A stretch of DNA of 64,000 nt from Ruminococcus sp. (GTDB taxonomy: Bacteria > Bacillota > Clostridia > Oscillospirales > Acutalibacteraceae). The position numbers were made by a program, and so were the translations under genes. This document shows positions 56,978 through 64,000 of the stretch, piece after piece; positions within the stretch are counted from its first letter, which is position 1; every line of letters starts with the position of its first letter. The notes beneath the pieces were generated by a model. That model had not been told where the DNA came from. It saw nothing but the letters and a program-made list of their open reading frames with translations, and did not search any database. The stretch covers positions 32,877-96,876 of the forward strand of contig JAZQIX010000014.1 of the NCBI GenBank assembly GCA_045541275.1. The letters are read 5' to 3'.

Positions 56978-57662
56978 TTGCCTTCACACTCCATCTAAGA
57001 AATTCATCTTTAACAAATTTCACCTTTTGCCGACTTATAGGTACAACCTTTCCGTTTGTTAGTATTACTTCCTTTGAATTAATCAGTTTGATATATTCCA
57101 TATTTACTATGTATCCTATATGGGTTCTGACAAATCCATACCCATTAAGTAACTCCTCTGTCTCAGATATAGTTTTACGCATAGATATATCACCTGTAAG
57201 GGTATAGAGTATGACATTATGAGATAGTTTTTCAACATATATAATCTCCGAATATCTTACTCTTGTAAGTTCCGAGCTACTCTTTACCGTCAGATACATG
57301 GTACTTTGAGATTCACGGTGTAGTCTGTCGAGGACAATAGGTAAATCCTCCTCAATATTTGATTTTCTGACAAAGCCTAAAGTGTTAGTTGTGTTATAAG
57401 CTTCAAACACTAAATCGTCCCTGTTTGTTACAAACACAATGCTAATCATTTTATCTTTGTACTGTTTTGCAAGTTCCAGACCAGACATTCCGGGCATATC
57501 TATATCAAGAAAGACAACATCATATTTATAACCAGATTCAAGGAATCTTTCTGCAGTAGTAAAAACATCCAGTGACTTAATTGTATCGTTATACATATTC
57601 ACGAATCTGTTTTTGAAAGACTGCGCAAAAATCAAATTATCATCTACAATTGCAATTTTCAT
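56970..57662 (-). CDS. LytTR-family response regulator (AgrA-like)
   Basis: REC domain (MKIAIVDDN, FLDIDMPGMSG) plus a LytTR C-terminal domain (YVEKLSHNVILYT...FVRTHIGYIVN). 8-nt overlap with the kinase gene. Confidence 0.9.
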   Translation of the reverse strand: MKIAIVDDNLIFAQSFKNRFVNMYNDTIKSLDVFTTAERFLESGYKYDVVFLDIDMPGMSGLELAKQYKDKMISIVFVTNRDDLVFEAYNTTNTLGFVRKSNIEEDLPIVLDRLHRESQSTMYLTVKSSSELTRVRYSEIIYVEKLSHNVILYTLTGDISMRKTISETEELLNGYGFVRTHIGYIVNMEYIKLINSKEVILTNGKVVPISRQKVKFVKDEFLRWSVKANE

Positions 57663-57691
57663 ATCTACACCCCAAAATATACAATATAAAT

Positions 57692-57719
57692 ATTATATCA
57701 CATTTACCGATTATTTCAA
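57692..57719 (-). promoter_or_regulatory. promoter of the response regulator-histidine kinase operon (extended -10)
   Basis: Minus strand reads TTGAAA, 16 nt (ending in TGA), TATAAT, i.e. a TGnTATAAT extended -10, about 30 nt upstream of the response regulator ATG. Confidence 0.5.
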
Positions 57720-57775
57720 CTATCAAAGTATTGTTTGGTGCAATTGTGGTGTAACGAGAAAAATTTGTATAGAAA

Positions 57776-57836
57776 ATGCGGAAAATATGGAATCGTTTTT
57801 GCTGTTTTCAGCGCTTATATTCCATATTTTCCGCAT
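57776..57836. repeat. perfect 18-bp inverted repeat at the island right end (possible bidirectional terminator/insulator)
   Basis: ATGCGGAAAATATGGAAT (57776-57793), 25 nt, ATTCCATATTTTCCGCAT (57819-57836). T-rich on both sides. Confidence 0.45.
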
Positions 57837-57863
57837 ATTTTTCAGGTTAATATCTATTATTAA

Positions 57864-57912
57864 TGAATGGGGTTCAAGAGGCCGCAGGTTCGACTCCTGT
57901 CACTCGGACCAT
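57864..57912. repeat. attR: 49-bp direct repeat (duplicated 3' part of tRNA-Pro)
   Basis: Identical to 22549-22597. There is no tRNA 5' half upstream of it. Confidence 0.9.
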
Positions 57913-57960
57913 AAAAAACCGCATTGTTAGTCAGGAATGGCTTTACAATGCGGTTTTTTA
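57913..57960 (+). terminator. ancestral tRNA-Pro terminator, now separated from the tRNA by the island
   Basis: AAAAAACCGCATTGT...ACAATGCGGTTTTTT, directly after attR. Confidence 0.6.
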
Positions 57961-58098
57961 TATATTCACAATTTATGTCATAGCAAGACATAAAAACAGA
58001 TTTGCAACTAAAAATCATCTCGATTTTCTATAATTGCACACATATTGCACACAATTACGTATAATCATAAATATAGCATGATACAACTTTAGAAAAAC

Positions 58099-58131
58099 AA
58101 AAAACACCCAACGGATATTGGGTGTTTTTTG
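58099..58131. terminator. bidirectional terminator downstream of the lipoprotein gene
   Basis: AAAAAACACCCAA-CGGATA-TTGGGTGTTTTTT. Confidence 0.55.
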
Positions 58132-58178
58132 TTTGCATTTATGCGGGTAACTGTATTACTCATTTTCACCATATATTT

Positions 58179-58559
58179 TTAGCATATAGAGAACTCTGCA
58201 TGTGTAAGTTTGGTATCGTCTGTGATTATAGGTTCTGTTACAACCACATATTCCGTAGGTTCAGTCAGTTCATAGTTATTTGGTTTTTCATTTTCAACCT
58301 TCGGTGGATCTGTTTGGGGAGCAGTGACAGTTGTCACTGCAACAACCGCTTCTGTCACTGTTTCTGTCCAAACTGCGGTTGAAGATATTGCAGTGGTTTC
58401 AAGAACTTCTTTCGCTGATGTCACTGTTGTTACTGATGTTTTTGCTATAGGTTCTGTTACTGATGTGCTTATAGGTGTTACGTCTTTTTCATTGCAACCG
58501 CTTATACTCATGCATATCATAGCTGCAAAGATTATCATTGTCTGTATTCTCTTTTTCAT
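58179..58559 (-). CDS. lipoprotein, Thr/Val-rich
   Basis: Signal peptide with lipobox MICMSISGC and a low-complexity T/V/E-rich mature part. Confidence 0.7.
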   Translation of the reverse strand: MKKRIQTMIIFAAMICMSISGCNEKDVTPISTSVTEPIAKTSVTTVTSAKEVLETTAISSTAVWTETVTEAVVAVTTVTAPQTDPPKVENEKPNNYELTEPTEYVVVTEPIITDDTKLTHAEFSIC

Positions 58560-58561
58560 AT

Positions 58562-58843
58562 CTACACCTCAGGTATCTCCATTGTTTTCATAACCTCAAC
58601 CATAAGCTTAACCGCTATGGTGAAGCCTTGGGTGAACGCTTCGGTTTCAAGGTAGTCTGTAATTTCTGACTGACAGTCCTTGAACTTATCAAAGCTTTCT
58701 TTTTGCTTTTCAGTAAGTCCAAGTATCAAGTCATCTTCATTCTGGCAGAGGAGATTCATCAGGTTATCAAGCTTACTCCCTCTGACTATTGACCTCTCTG
58801 TTGGTCTTACATTTCCGTACCATAAATCTTCAAGTATTGTCAC
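58562..58843 (-). CDS. small hypothetical protein (93 aa)
   Basis: ORF with a 2-nt gap to the lipoprotein gene. No family recognised with confidence. Confidence 0.5.
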   Translation of the reverse strand: MTILEDLWYGNVRPTERSIVRGSKLDNLMNLLCQNEDDLILGLTEKQKESFDKFKDCQSEITDYLETEAFTQGFTIAVKLMVEVMKTMEIPEV

Positions 58844-58985
58844 AGTTTACACCGTCCTTTCCAGTACAAACACATAGCATAACAATCTTCACAAGTCCAG
58901 ATATTGTTTGTTTGGTTATCGAATAAATCGATAGTTGTATTCGAAAAGATTTATGGTGTTAATTGTGGTTTTTTATAAAATCTAC

Positions 58986-59014
58986 TTGACACTAAAGAAT
59001 TCTAGGAGTAAAAT
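58986..59014 (+). promoter_or_regulatory. sigma-A-type promoter of the ilvA-leu leader
   Basis: TTGACA (58986-58991), 17 nt, TAAAAT (59009-59014). Confidence 0.6.
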
Positions 59015-59039
59015 ACTCAACAAATTTAAAATTTTCTTA

Positions 59040-59500
59040 AAGGCTGTGACGAAAAACGGTCGAGGATATTTCATTTCAGAGAACCGATGTTTGGTGTGAA
59101 TCGGTATGACCCTGCCAAGACCTCTCCCTTCCGAGCCGGAAGCCTGAACTCATTTTAGTAGGGCGGCCCGTGTATGCTACGTCAGTGCATAGAGGTTAGA
59201 TGACTTCGAATTTTCAAAGGCGTCGATGAAGACGGAATCTATCAGTTGTTTTCCCAGAGAGTCGGGGGTGGTGCGATCCCGATAAAATGCATTAGAATTT
59301 CCTATCCCTTCTGAGCCGGAAGCCCCAAAGGTTCAAACACCCAGTAGGCGTTTCCCGTGTTTGCTACGTTAGTGTATAGAAGTTGTTGGACTTCGAAGAG
59401 GTGGCGGATTTTTGTATCCGCAATTTGAGTGGTACCGCGAGTGTAATATTTTAGATTTCACCCGTCTCAAAGCAATTTAGCTTTGAGGCGGGTTTATTTT
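59040..59500 (+). promoter_or_regulatory. T-box leader with duplicated Stem-I/Stem-II region and one antiterminator/terminator
   Basis: Two AGAGA + GGTG(T/C)GA distal-loop modules (about 59079-59106 and 59256-59282). T-box sequence TGAGTGGTACCGCGAG at about 59426-59441. Terminator CCCGTCTCAAAGC-AATTTA-GCTTTGAGGCGGG + TTTATTTTTT at about 59460-59500. Confidence 0.65.
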
Positions 59501-59541
59501 TTGTCTCAAAGCATACAGTATTATGTGAAAGGCGGAATAAT

Positions 59542-60732
59542 ATGTTATCTCTTGACAAAGTTTTTAATGCACAAACTATGCTGAAAGGCATTGTTCGTGA
59601 AACAAATGTTGTAAGAGCCTATGGTGTTGCACCTCATTGTGAGCTATACCTGAAACCCGAAAATCTGCAAATTACAGGTTCGTTTAAGGTGCGTGGCTCT
59701 GCATACAAAATTGCAATGCTCAGTGAAGAAGAAAAAGCAAAGGGTGTAATAGCCTGCTCCGCAGGAAATCATGCACAAGGCGTGGCTTTAGCGGCAACTA
59801 AGAATGGAATTAAGTCTCTTATCTGCTTACCCGACTCTGCTCCAATCTCTAAGGTTGAAGCCACAAAAAGTTTCGGTGCAAATGTGTGTCTGGTAGAGGG
59901 GTGCTATGACGACGCCTACAAAAAAGCATTGGAGCTTAAAGAAAAAGAGGGATACACCTTTGTGCATCCCTTTGATGATGAAAACGTTATTGCAGGTCAG
60001 GGTACAATCGCTCTTGAAATTTTAAACGACCTTGATAATATTGACGCAATTGTGGTGCCCGTTGGTGGCGGCGGACTTTTGGCAGGTATTGCGTATACTG
60101 TAAAACAGATTCGTCCTTCTGTGAAAGTTTACGGTGTTCAGGTCAATGGTGCACCAAGTATGTACAACTCTCTGAAAGCCGATAAAATACAGCGACTTAA
60201 ATCTGTGCATACAATTGCAGACGGCATTGCCGTTAAAGAACCCGGAGAGAACACCTTTGCTATTGCAAAAGAGTATGTTGACGATGTGGTGTTAGTCAGC
60301 GACGACGAGGTTGCAAGTGCAATCCTCGCTCTTATGGAAAAGCAAAAGATGATCTCAGAGGGAGCAGGTGCCACAGCGGTTGCGGCGGTTATGTTTAATA
60401 AACTACCCATTAAAGACAAGCGTGTTGTCTGTGTAGTGTCGGGCGGAAACATTGATGTAACAAGCCTTTCAAGAGTCATCGACAGAGGACTTCTTAATTC
60501 GGGCAGGTCATCAAGCTTACTTATTGAGCTTATTGATAAACCCGGTCAGCTCAAAGAAATCTCGCGGATCATTGCAGACTGCGGCGGCAACGTTACGGGT
60601 GTTCACTACGAAAAGGGCAACACCAAAAGCGTTAACGGTTGTTTCCTCAGAATTGAAATGGAAACCCGAGATTATGACCATGTTAATCTTATCACTCAGT
60701 CACTGAAGGCTGAGGGATTCAAAATAGTGTAA
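59542..60732 (+). CDS. ilvA: threonine ammonia-lyase (biosynthetic threonine dehydratase, single ACT-like domain)
   Basis: PLP Lys motif GSFKVRGS, SAGNHAQG, GGGGL, plus a C-terminal regulatory domain. Confidence 0.9.
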   Translation: MLSLDKVFNAQTMLKGIVRETNVVRAYGVAPHCELYLKPENLQITGSFKVRGSAYKIAMLSEEEKAKGVIACSAGNHAQGVALAATKNGIKSLICLPDSAPISKVEATKSFGANVCLVEGCYDDAYKKALELKEKEGYTFVHPFDDENVIAGQGTIALEILNDLDNIDAIVVPVGGGGLLAGIAYTVKQIRPSVKVYGVQVNGAPSMYNSLKADKIQRLKSVHTIADGIAVKEPGENTFAIAKEYVDDVVLVSDDEVASAILALMEKQKMISEGAGATAVAAVMFNKLPIKDKRVVCVVSGGNIDVTSLSRVIDRGLLNSGRSSSLLIELIDKPGQLKEISRIIADCGGNVTGVHYEKGNTKSVNGCFLRIEMETRDYDHVNLITQSLKAEGFKIV

Positions 60733-60749
60733 GAAAGAGGATAATTACA

Positions 60750-61124
60750 ATGACTAAAGTTTTAACAGATAAAGCACCATCAGCAATCGGTCCTTACTCA
60801 CAGGCCGTAGTTATGGGAAACTTTGTTTTTACATCGGGACAGATTGCACTTAACCCCGAAACAGGAGTGCTTGAGGGAGATACCATTGAGGTACAAACTC
60901 ACAGAGTATGCAAAAATCTTAAAGCTGTTTTAGATGCCGCAGGCTCAAGCCTTGCAAATGCAGTAAAAACAGTTTGCTACTTAACAAATATGAACAACTT
61001 TGCCACTTTTAACAGTGTGTACGGAGAATACTTCACCGAAAAACCTGCACGTTCCTGCGTAGCAGTTAAGGAACTACCCAAGGGTGCATTGGTAGAGGTT
61101 GAAGTTGTGGCAGAAAAGGAGTAA
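60750..61124 (+). CDS. ridA: RidA/YjgF-family reactive-intermediate deaminase
   Basis: APSAIGPYSQAV...GQIALNP...ARSCVAVKELPKGALVEVE, full-length RidA pattern. Confidence 0.85.
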   Translation: MTKVLTDKAPSAIGPYSQAVVMGNFVFTSGQIALNPETGVLEGDTIEVQTHRVCKNLKAVLDAAGSSLANAVKTVCYLTNMNNFATFNSVYGEYFTEKPARSCVAVKELPKGALVEVEVVAEKE

Positions 61125-61129
61125 GTCTT

Positions 61130-62803
61130 ATGATGGACTCAAGTAAATACCGAGTGGGATACTTCCCCGTAGATAAAAAGTACAATAAATGGGTAGAAAA
61201 AGACCATATTGAAAAACCGCCTGTTTGGTGCTCGGTTGATATGCGTGACGGCAATCAGGCGTTGGTTATTCCAATGAGTTTAGAAGAAAAGCTTGAATAC
61301 TACAAAGTGCTTCTGAATGTGGGATTTAAAGAAATTGAGGTAGGCTTTCCTGCGGCTTCTGAAACAGAGTATGAGTTTTTACGCACACTTATCGACAACA
61401 ATATGATTCCCGAGGATGTTACCGTACAGGTGCTGACTCAGTGCCGAGAACACATTATTCGCAAAACCTTTGATGCTTGTAAAGGTGCACCAAGTGCAAT
61501 TATTCATTTCTATAATTCCGTAAGTGTTGCACAGCGAGAACAGGTGTTCAAAAAGAGCAAAGAAGAAATCAAAAAAATTGCAGTTGACGGTGCAAAGCTT
61601 GTAAAAAAACTTGCAAGTGAATACGAAGGCAACTTCCGTTTTGAGTATTCTCCCGAATCCTTTACAGGCACCGAGCCTGAATATGCTTTAGAAGTTTGCA
61701 ACGCAGTGCTTGATGTTTTAGAGCCTTCTGCAAACAACAATGTAATCATCAACCTGCCTGTAACGGTTGAGATGAGTCTCCCCCACGTTTACGCCTCTCA
61801 GGTTGAGTTTATGAGTGAGAACTTAAAGTACAGAGAGTTTGTTATCCTTTCCCTCCATCCTCACAACGACAGAGGCACAGGTGTTGCAGATACTGAGCTT
61901 GCGCTTTTAGCAGGTGCTGACAGAGTAGAGGGTACACTCTTTGGTAACGGTGAGAGAACGGGTAATGTTGACATCGTCACTCTTGCTATGAATATGTACT
62001 CTCATGGAGTTGATCCAAAACTTGACCTTTCTGATATGACCACCTTGGTTGAAAAATATGAGCGTTGCACCAGAATGCATGTCTATGAGCGAGCTCCATA
62101 CGCAGGTGCATTGGTCTTTGCGGCTTTCTCGGGCAGTCACCAGGACGCAATCGCCAAGGGTATGAAATACAGAAGCAAAAACGCACTTCATCAGTGGAAT
62201 GTGCCCTACATACCTATAGACCCCAAAGACATAGGCAGAACATACGATGCAGATGTTATCAGAGTAAATTCCCAATCAGGTAAAGGAGGTATCGGCTATC
62301 TTCTTGAGCAGAGCTTTGGCTATAACTTGCCCGTGAAAATGCGTGAGCATTTGAGCTATTTGTGCAAGGATATTTCAGACAAAGAACATAGAGAGCTGAA
62401 ACCTGACGAAATCCACGACATCTTTACCGAACATTATCTGAATATTGACAGCGGAATTGAGGTAACGGACTTTGACTTTATGCGCGAAAATGACGCGGTT
62501 AAAATAAATATTACATTCAAAAAAGATGGAGAAGAAACCGAACTTGAAGCCGAGGGCAACGGCTCACTTAATGCCATCAACAATGCCCTTAAAGAATATA
62601 CAAACACAACCTACACTCTGCAGATTTTCACACAACACAGTATGCAGGGACAGGGCTCACAGAGTGTTGCCGCTTCTTATATAGGACTTGAAGATGAAAG
62701 TGGCAATATGTTCTACGGTGTAGGTACAGATACTGACGTTATCCATGCCAGCACAAAGGCTTTGCTCAGTGCTTTTCACAATATGACGAAAGAAGGTAAA
62801 TGA
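61130..62803 (+). CDS. leuA: 2-isopropylmalate synthase (long form)
   Basis: [29 protein letters not shown] and a C-terminal LeuA dimerisation/regulatory domain. Confidence 0.9.
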   Translation: MMDSSKYRVGYFPVDKKYNKWVEKDHIEKPPVWCSVDMRDGNQALVIPMSLEEKLEYYKVLLNVGFKEIEVGFPAASETEYEFLRTLIDNNMIPEDVTVQVLTQCREHIIRKTFDACKGAPSAIIHFYNSVSVAQREQVFKKSKEEIKKIAVDGAKLVKKLASEYEGNFRFEYSPESFTGTEPEYALEVCNAVLDVLEPSANNNVIINLPVTVEMSLPHVYASQVEFMSENLKYREFVILSLHPHNDRGTGVADTELALLAGADRVEGTLFGNGERTGNVDIVTLAMNMYSHGVDPKLDLSDMTTLVEKYERCTRMHVYERAPYAGALVFAAFSGSHQDAIAKGMKYRSKNALHQWNVPYIPIDPKDIGRTYDADVIRVNSQSGKGGIGYLLEQSFGYNLPVKMREHLSYLCKDISDKEHRELKPDEIHDIFTEHYLNIDSGIEVTDFDFMRENDAVKINITFKKDGEETELEAEGNGSLNAINNALKEYTNTTYTLQIFTQHSMQGQGSQSVAASYIGLEDESGNMFYGVGTDTDVIHASTKALLSAFHNMTKEGK

Positions 62804-62804
62804 T

Positions 62805-64000
62805 ATGGGAATGACTATGACTCAAAAAATTCTTGCCGCACACGCAGGGCTTGATAATGTAGTGGCAGGTCAGCTTATCAGTGCAAAGCTTGACATTGTC
62901 CTTGGCAACGACATTACAACCCCAGTGGCTGTAAACGAATTCAAAAAAGCTGGCTTTGACAGGGTTTTTGATAAAGACAAGGTAGCAATCGTACTTGACC
63001 ATTTTGTTCCTAATAAAGACATTAAAGCGGCTCAGCAGAGCAAAACTTGCCGAGAATTTGCCTGCTCACATTGTGTCAGCCATTTTTACGATGTAGGCAA
63101 AATGGGAATTGAACACGCACTTCTGCCCGAGCAGGGAGTTGTCACCGCAGGCGACTGTATAATTGGTGCTGACAGTCACACCTGCACTTACGGTGCACTG
63201 GGAGCTTTCTCAACAGGCGTGGGCTCTACGGATATGGCAGCAGGTATGGCAACAGGTATGGCTTGGTTTAAGGTACCTTCTGCAATTAAATTCAACATCA
63301 TCGGCAAACTCAGACCAAACTGCAGCGGCAAAGATGTGATTCTCACCATGATTGGTATGATAGGCGTTGACGGAGCTCTTTACAAGAGTATGGAGTTTAC
63401 AGGCGAAGGAGTTAAGAATCTTTCAATGGACGACAGACTATGCATTTGCAATATGGCGATTGAGGCAGGAGCCAAAAACGGAATCTTCCCCGTTGACGAA
63501 GTAACAATGAAATATCTTGAAGGTAGAAGCGAAAGAAAGCCGGTTGTTTTCACCGCAGATGAAGACGCTGAATACGAAAAGGTATATGACATTGATTTAA
63601 GCCAAATTGTTCCAACGGTTGCTTGTCCTCATCTGCCTGAGAACACCCATCCTGCAAGTGAGCTTAATCACATTAAAATCGACCAGGTGGTAATCGGAAG
63701 CTGCACTAACGGCAGGCTTGAAGATATGAAGGCAGCCTTCGAAATTCTTAAAGGCAACAAGGTTGCAGAGGGTGTTCGTTGCATTATCATCCCAGGTACA
63801 ATGCAGATTTTAAGGGACTGTGTGGAAAATGGCTACTACACCGCCTTTATTGACGCAGGTGCAGTTGTTTCAACTCCTACCTGTGGTCCTTGCCTTGGCG
63901 GATATATGGGAATTTTAGCCGAGGGAGAAAGATGTATTGCTACTACAAACCGCAACTTTGTAGGCAGAATGGGTCATGTGGAAAGCGAAGTGTACCTTGC
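62805..64000 (+). CDS. leuC: 3-isopropylmalate dehydratase large subunit (runs off window end)
   Basis: Hand translation gives [15 protein letters not shown]...DHFVPNKD...[23 protein letters not shown]...GSCTNGR...CGPCLG (aconitase-family Fe-S ligands). It is not in the track because there is no stop codon in the window. Confidence 0.85.
   Translation, partial: MGMTMTQKILAAHAGLDNVVAGQLISAKLDIVLGNDITTPVAVNEFKKAGFDRVFDKDKVAIVLDHFVPNKDIKAAQQSKTCREFACSHCVSHFYDVGKMGIEHALLPEQGVVTAGDCIIGADSHTCTYGALGAFSTGVGSTDMAAGMATGMAWFKVPSAIKFNIIGKLRPNCSGKDVILTMIGMIGVDGALYKSMEFTGEGVKNLSMDDRLCICNMAIEAGAKNGIFPVDEVTMKYLEGRSERKPVVFTADEDAEYEKVYDIDLSQIVPTVACPHLPENTHPASELNHIKIDQVVIGSCTNGRLEDMKAAFEILKGNKVAEGVRCIIIPGTMQILRDCVENGYYTAFIDAGAVVSTPTCGPCLGGYMGILAEGERCIATTNRNFVGRMGHVESEVYL

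Larger units (their letters stand above)
22549..57912. mobile_element. tRNA-Pro-integrated genomic island (~35.3 kb; defence / toxin / quorum-sensing cargo)
   Basis: Bounded by the 49-bp direct repeat. Carries Xis and Int genes, further recombinase genes and an IS, and is visibly more AT-rich than the flanks. Housekeeping genes resume on both sides. Confidence 0.85.

Noticed and set aside
57613-57930. 105-aa ORF spanning the response-regulator 5' end, the intergenic region and attR.
   Set aside because: It crosses a promoter, an 18-bp inverted repeat and the tRNA-derived att repeat, and has no RBS. It is not plausible as a gene.
59100-59320. Assignment of T-box specifier codons (candidates such as CUC/CUG in unit 1 and AUU/UUU in unit 2).
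   Set aside because: I could not fold the specifier loops unambiguously by eye. Naming an amino-acid specificity would be guesswork.
1-64000. Search for CRISPR arrays, rRNA genes or additional tRNAs.
   Set aside because: No regularly spaced direct repeats of 25-40 bp, no rRNA-like segments, and no cloverleaf other than tRNA-Pro and its partial duplicate were seen.

Overview
The window looks like low-GC Firmicutes/Clostridia chromosome: spoIIAA-spoIIAB-sigF, the holB-ricT-methyltransferase-rsmI order, proBA, hflX, prfA and an ilvA-ridA-leuA-leuC operon behind a T-box leader. This taxon call is an inference. The core is interrupted by a ~35.3 kb genomic island at 22549-57912. The island sits in the 3' half of tRNA-Pro(GGG) and is bounded by a perfect 49-bp direct repeat.

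From left to right the island carries:
- two overlapping, atypical tyrosine-recombinase-like genes;
- an RHH/Xis/Int module behind a terminator-containing leader;
- an IS3-family element;
- an AT-rich defence block (SIR2-HerA, DUF2971 plus an unknown gene, a pentapeptide-repeat protein, an aminotransferase-fold protein, an RtcB-like protein, an Mrr-nuclease/STAND-ATPase/TPR protein, a DUF2806-like protein and a dGTPase-like HD protein);
- an RHS toxin with a downstream immunity candidate;
- an agr-type quorum-sensing locus, including an agrD peptide gene too short for the ORF track.

The most unusual structure is a set of four lox/dif-like 10-7-10 palindromes. They form two inverted pairs with pair-specific spacers, and each pair brackets a convergent gene pair. 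A complete XerC/D-like recombinase gene lies next to the last site. This suggests two independently invertible cassettes, or alternatively a shared promoter/operator.

A second notable signal is a 21-bp-phased direct-repeat box upstream of agrB. It recurs upstream of a defence-block gene 10 kb away, which hints at quorum-sensing control.

All protein family calls come from motif recognition by eye. No database or HMM search was possible. Start codons were refined from RBS context where stated.
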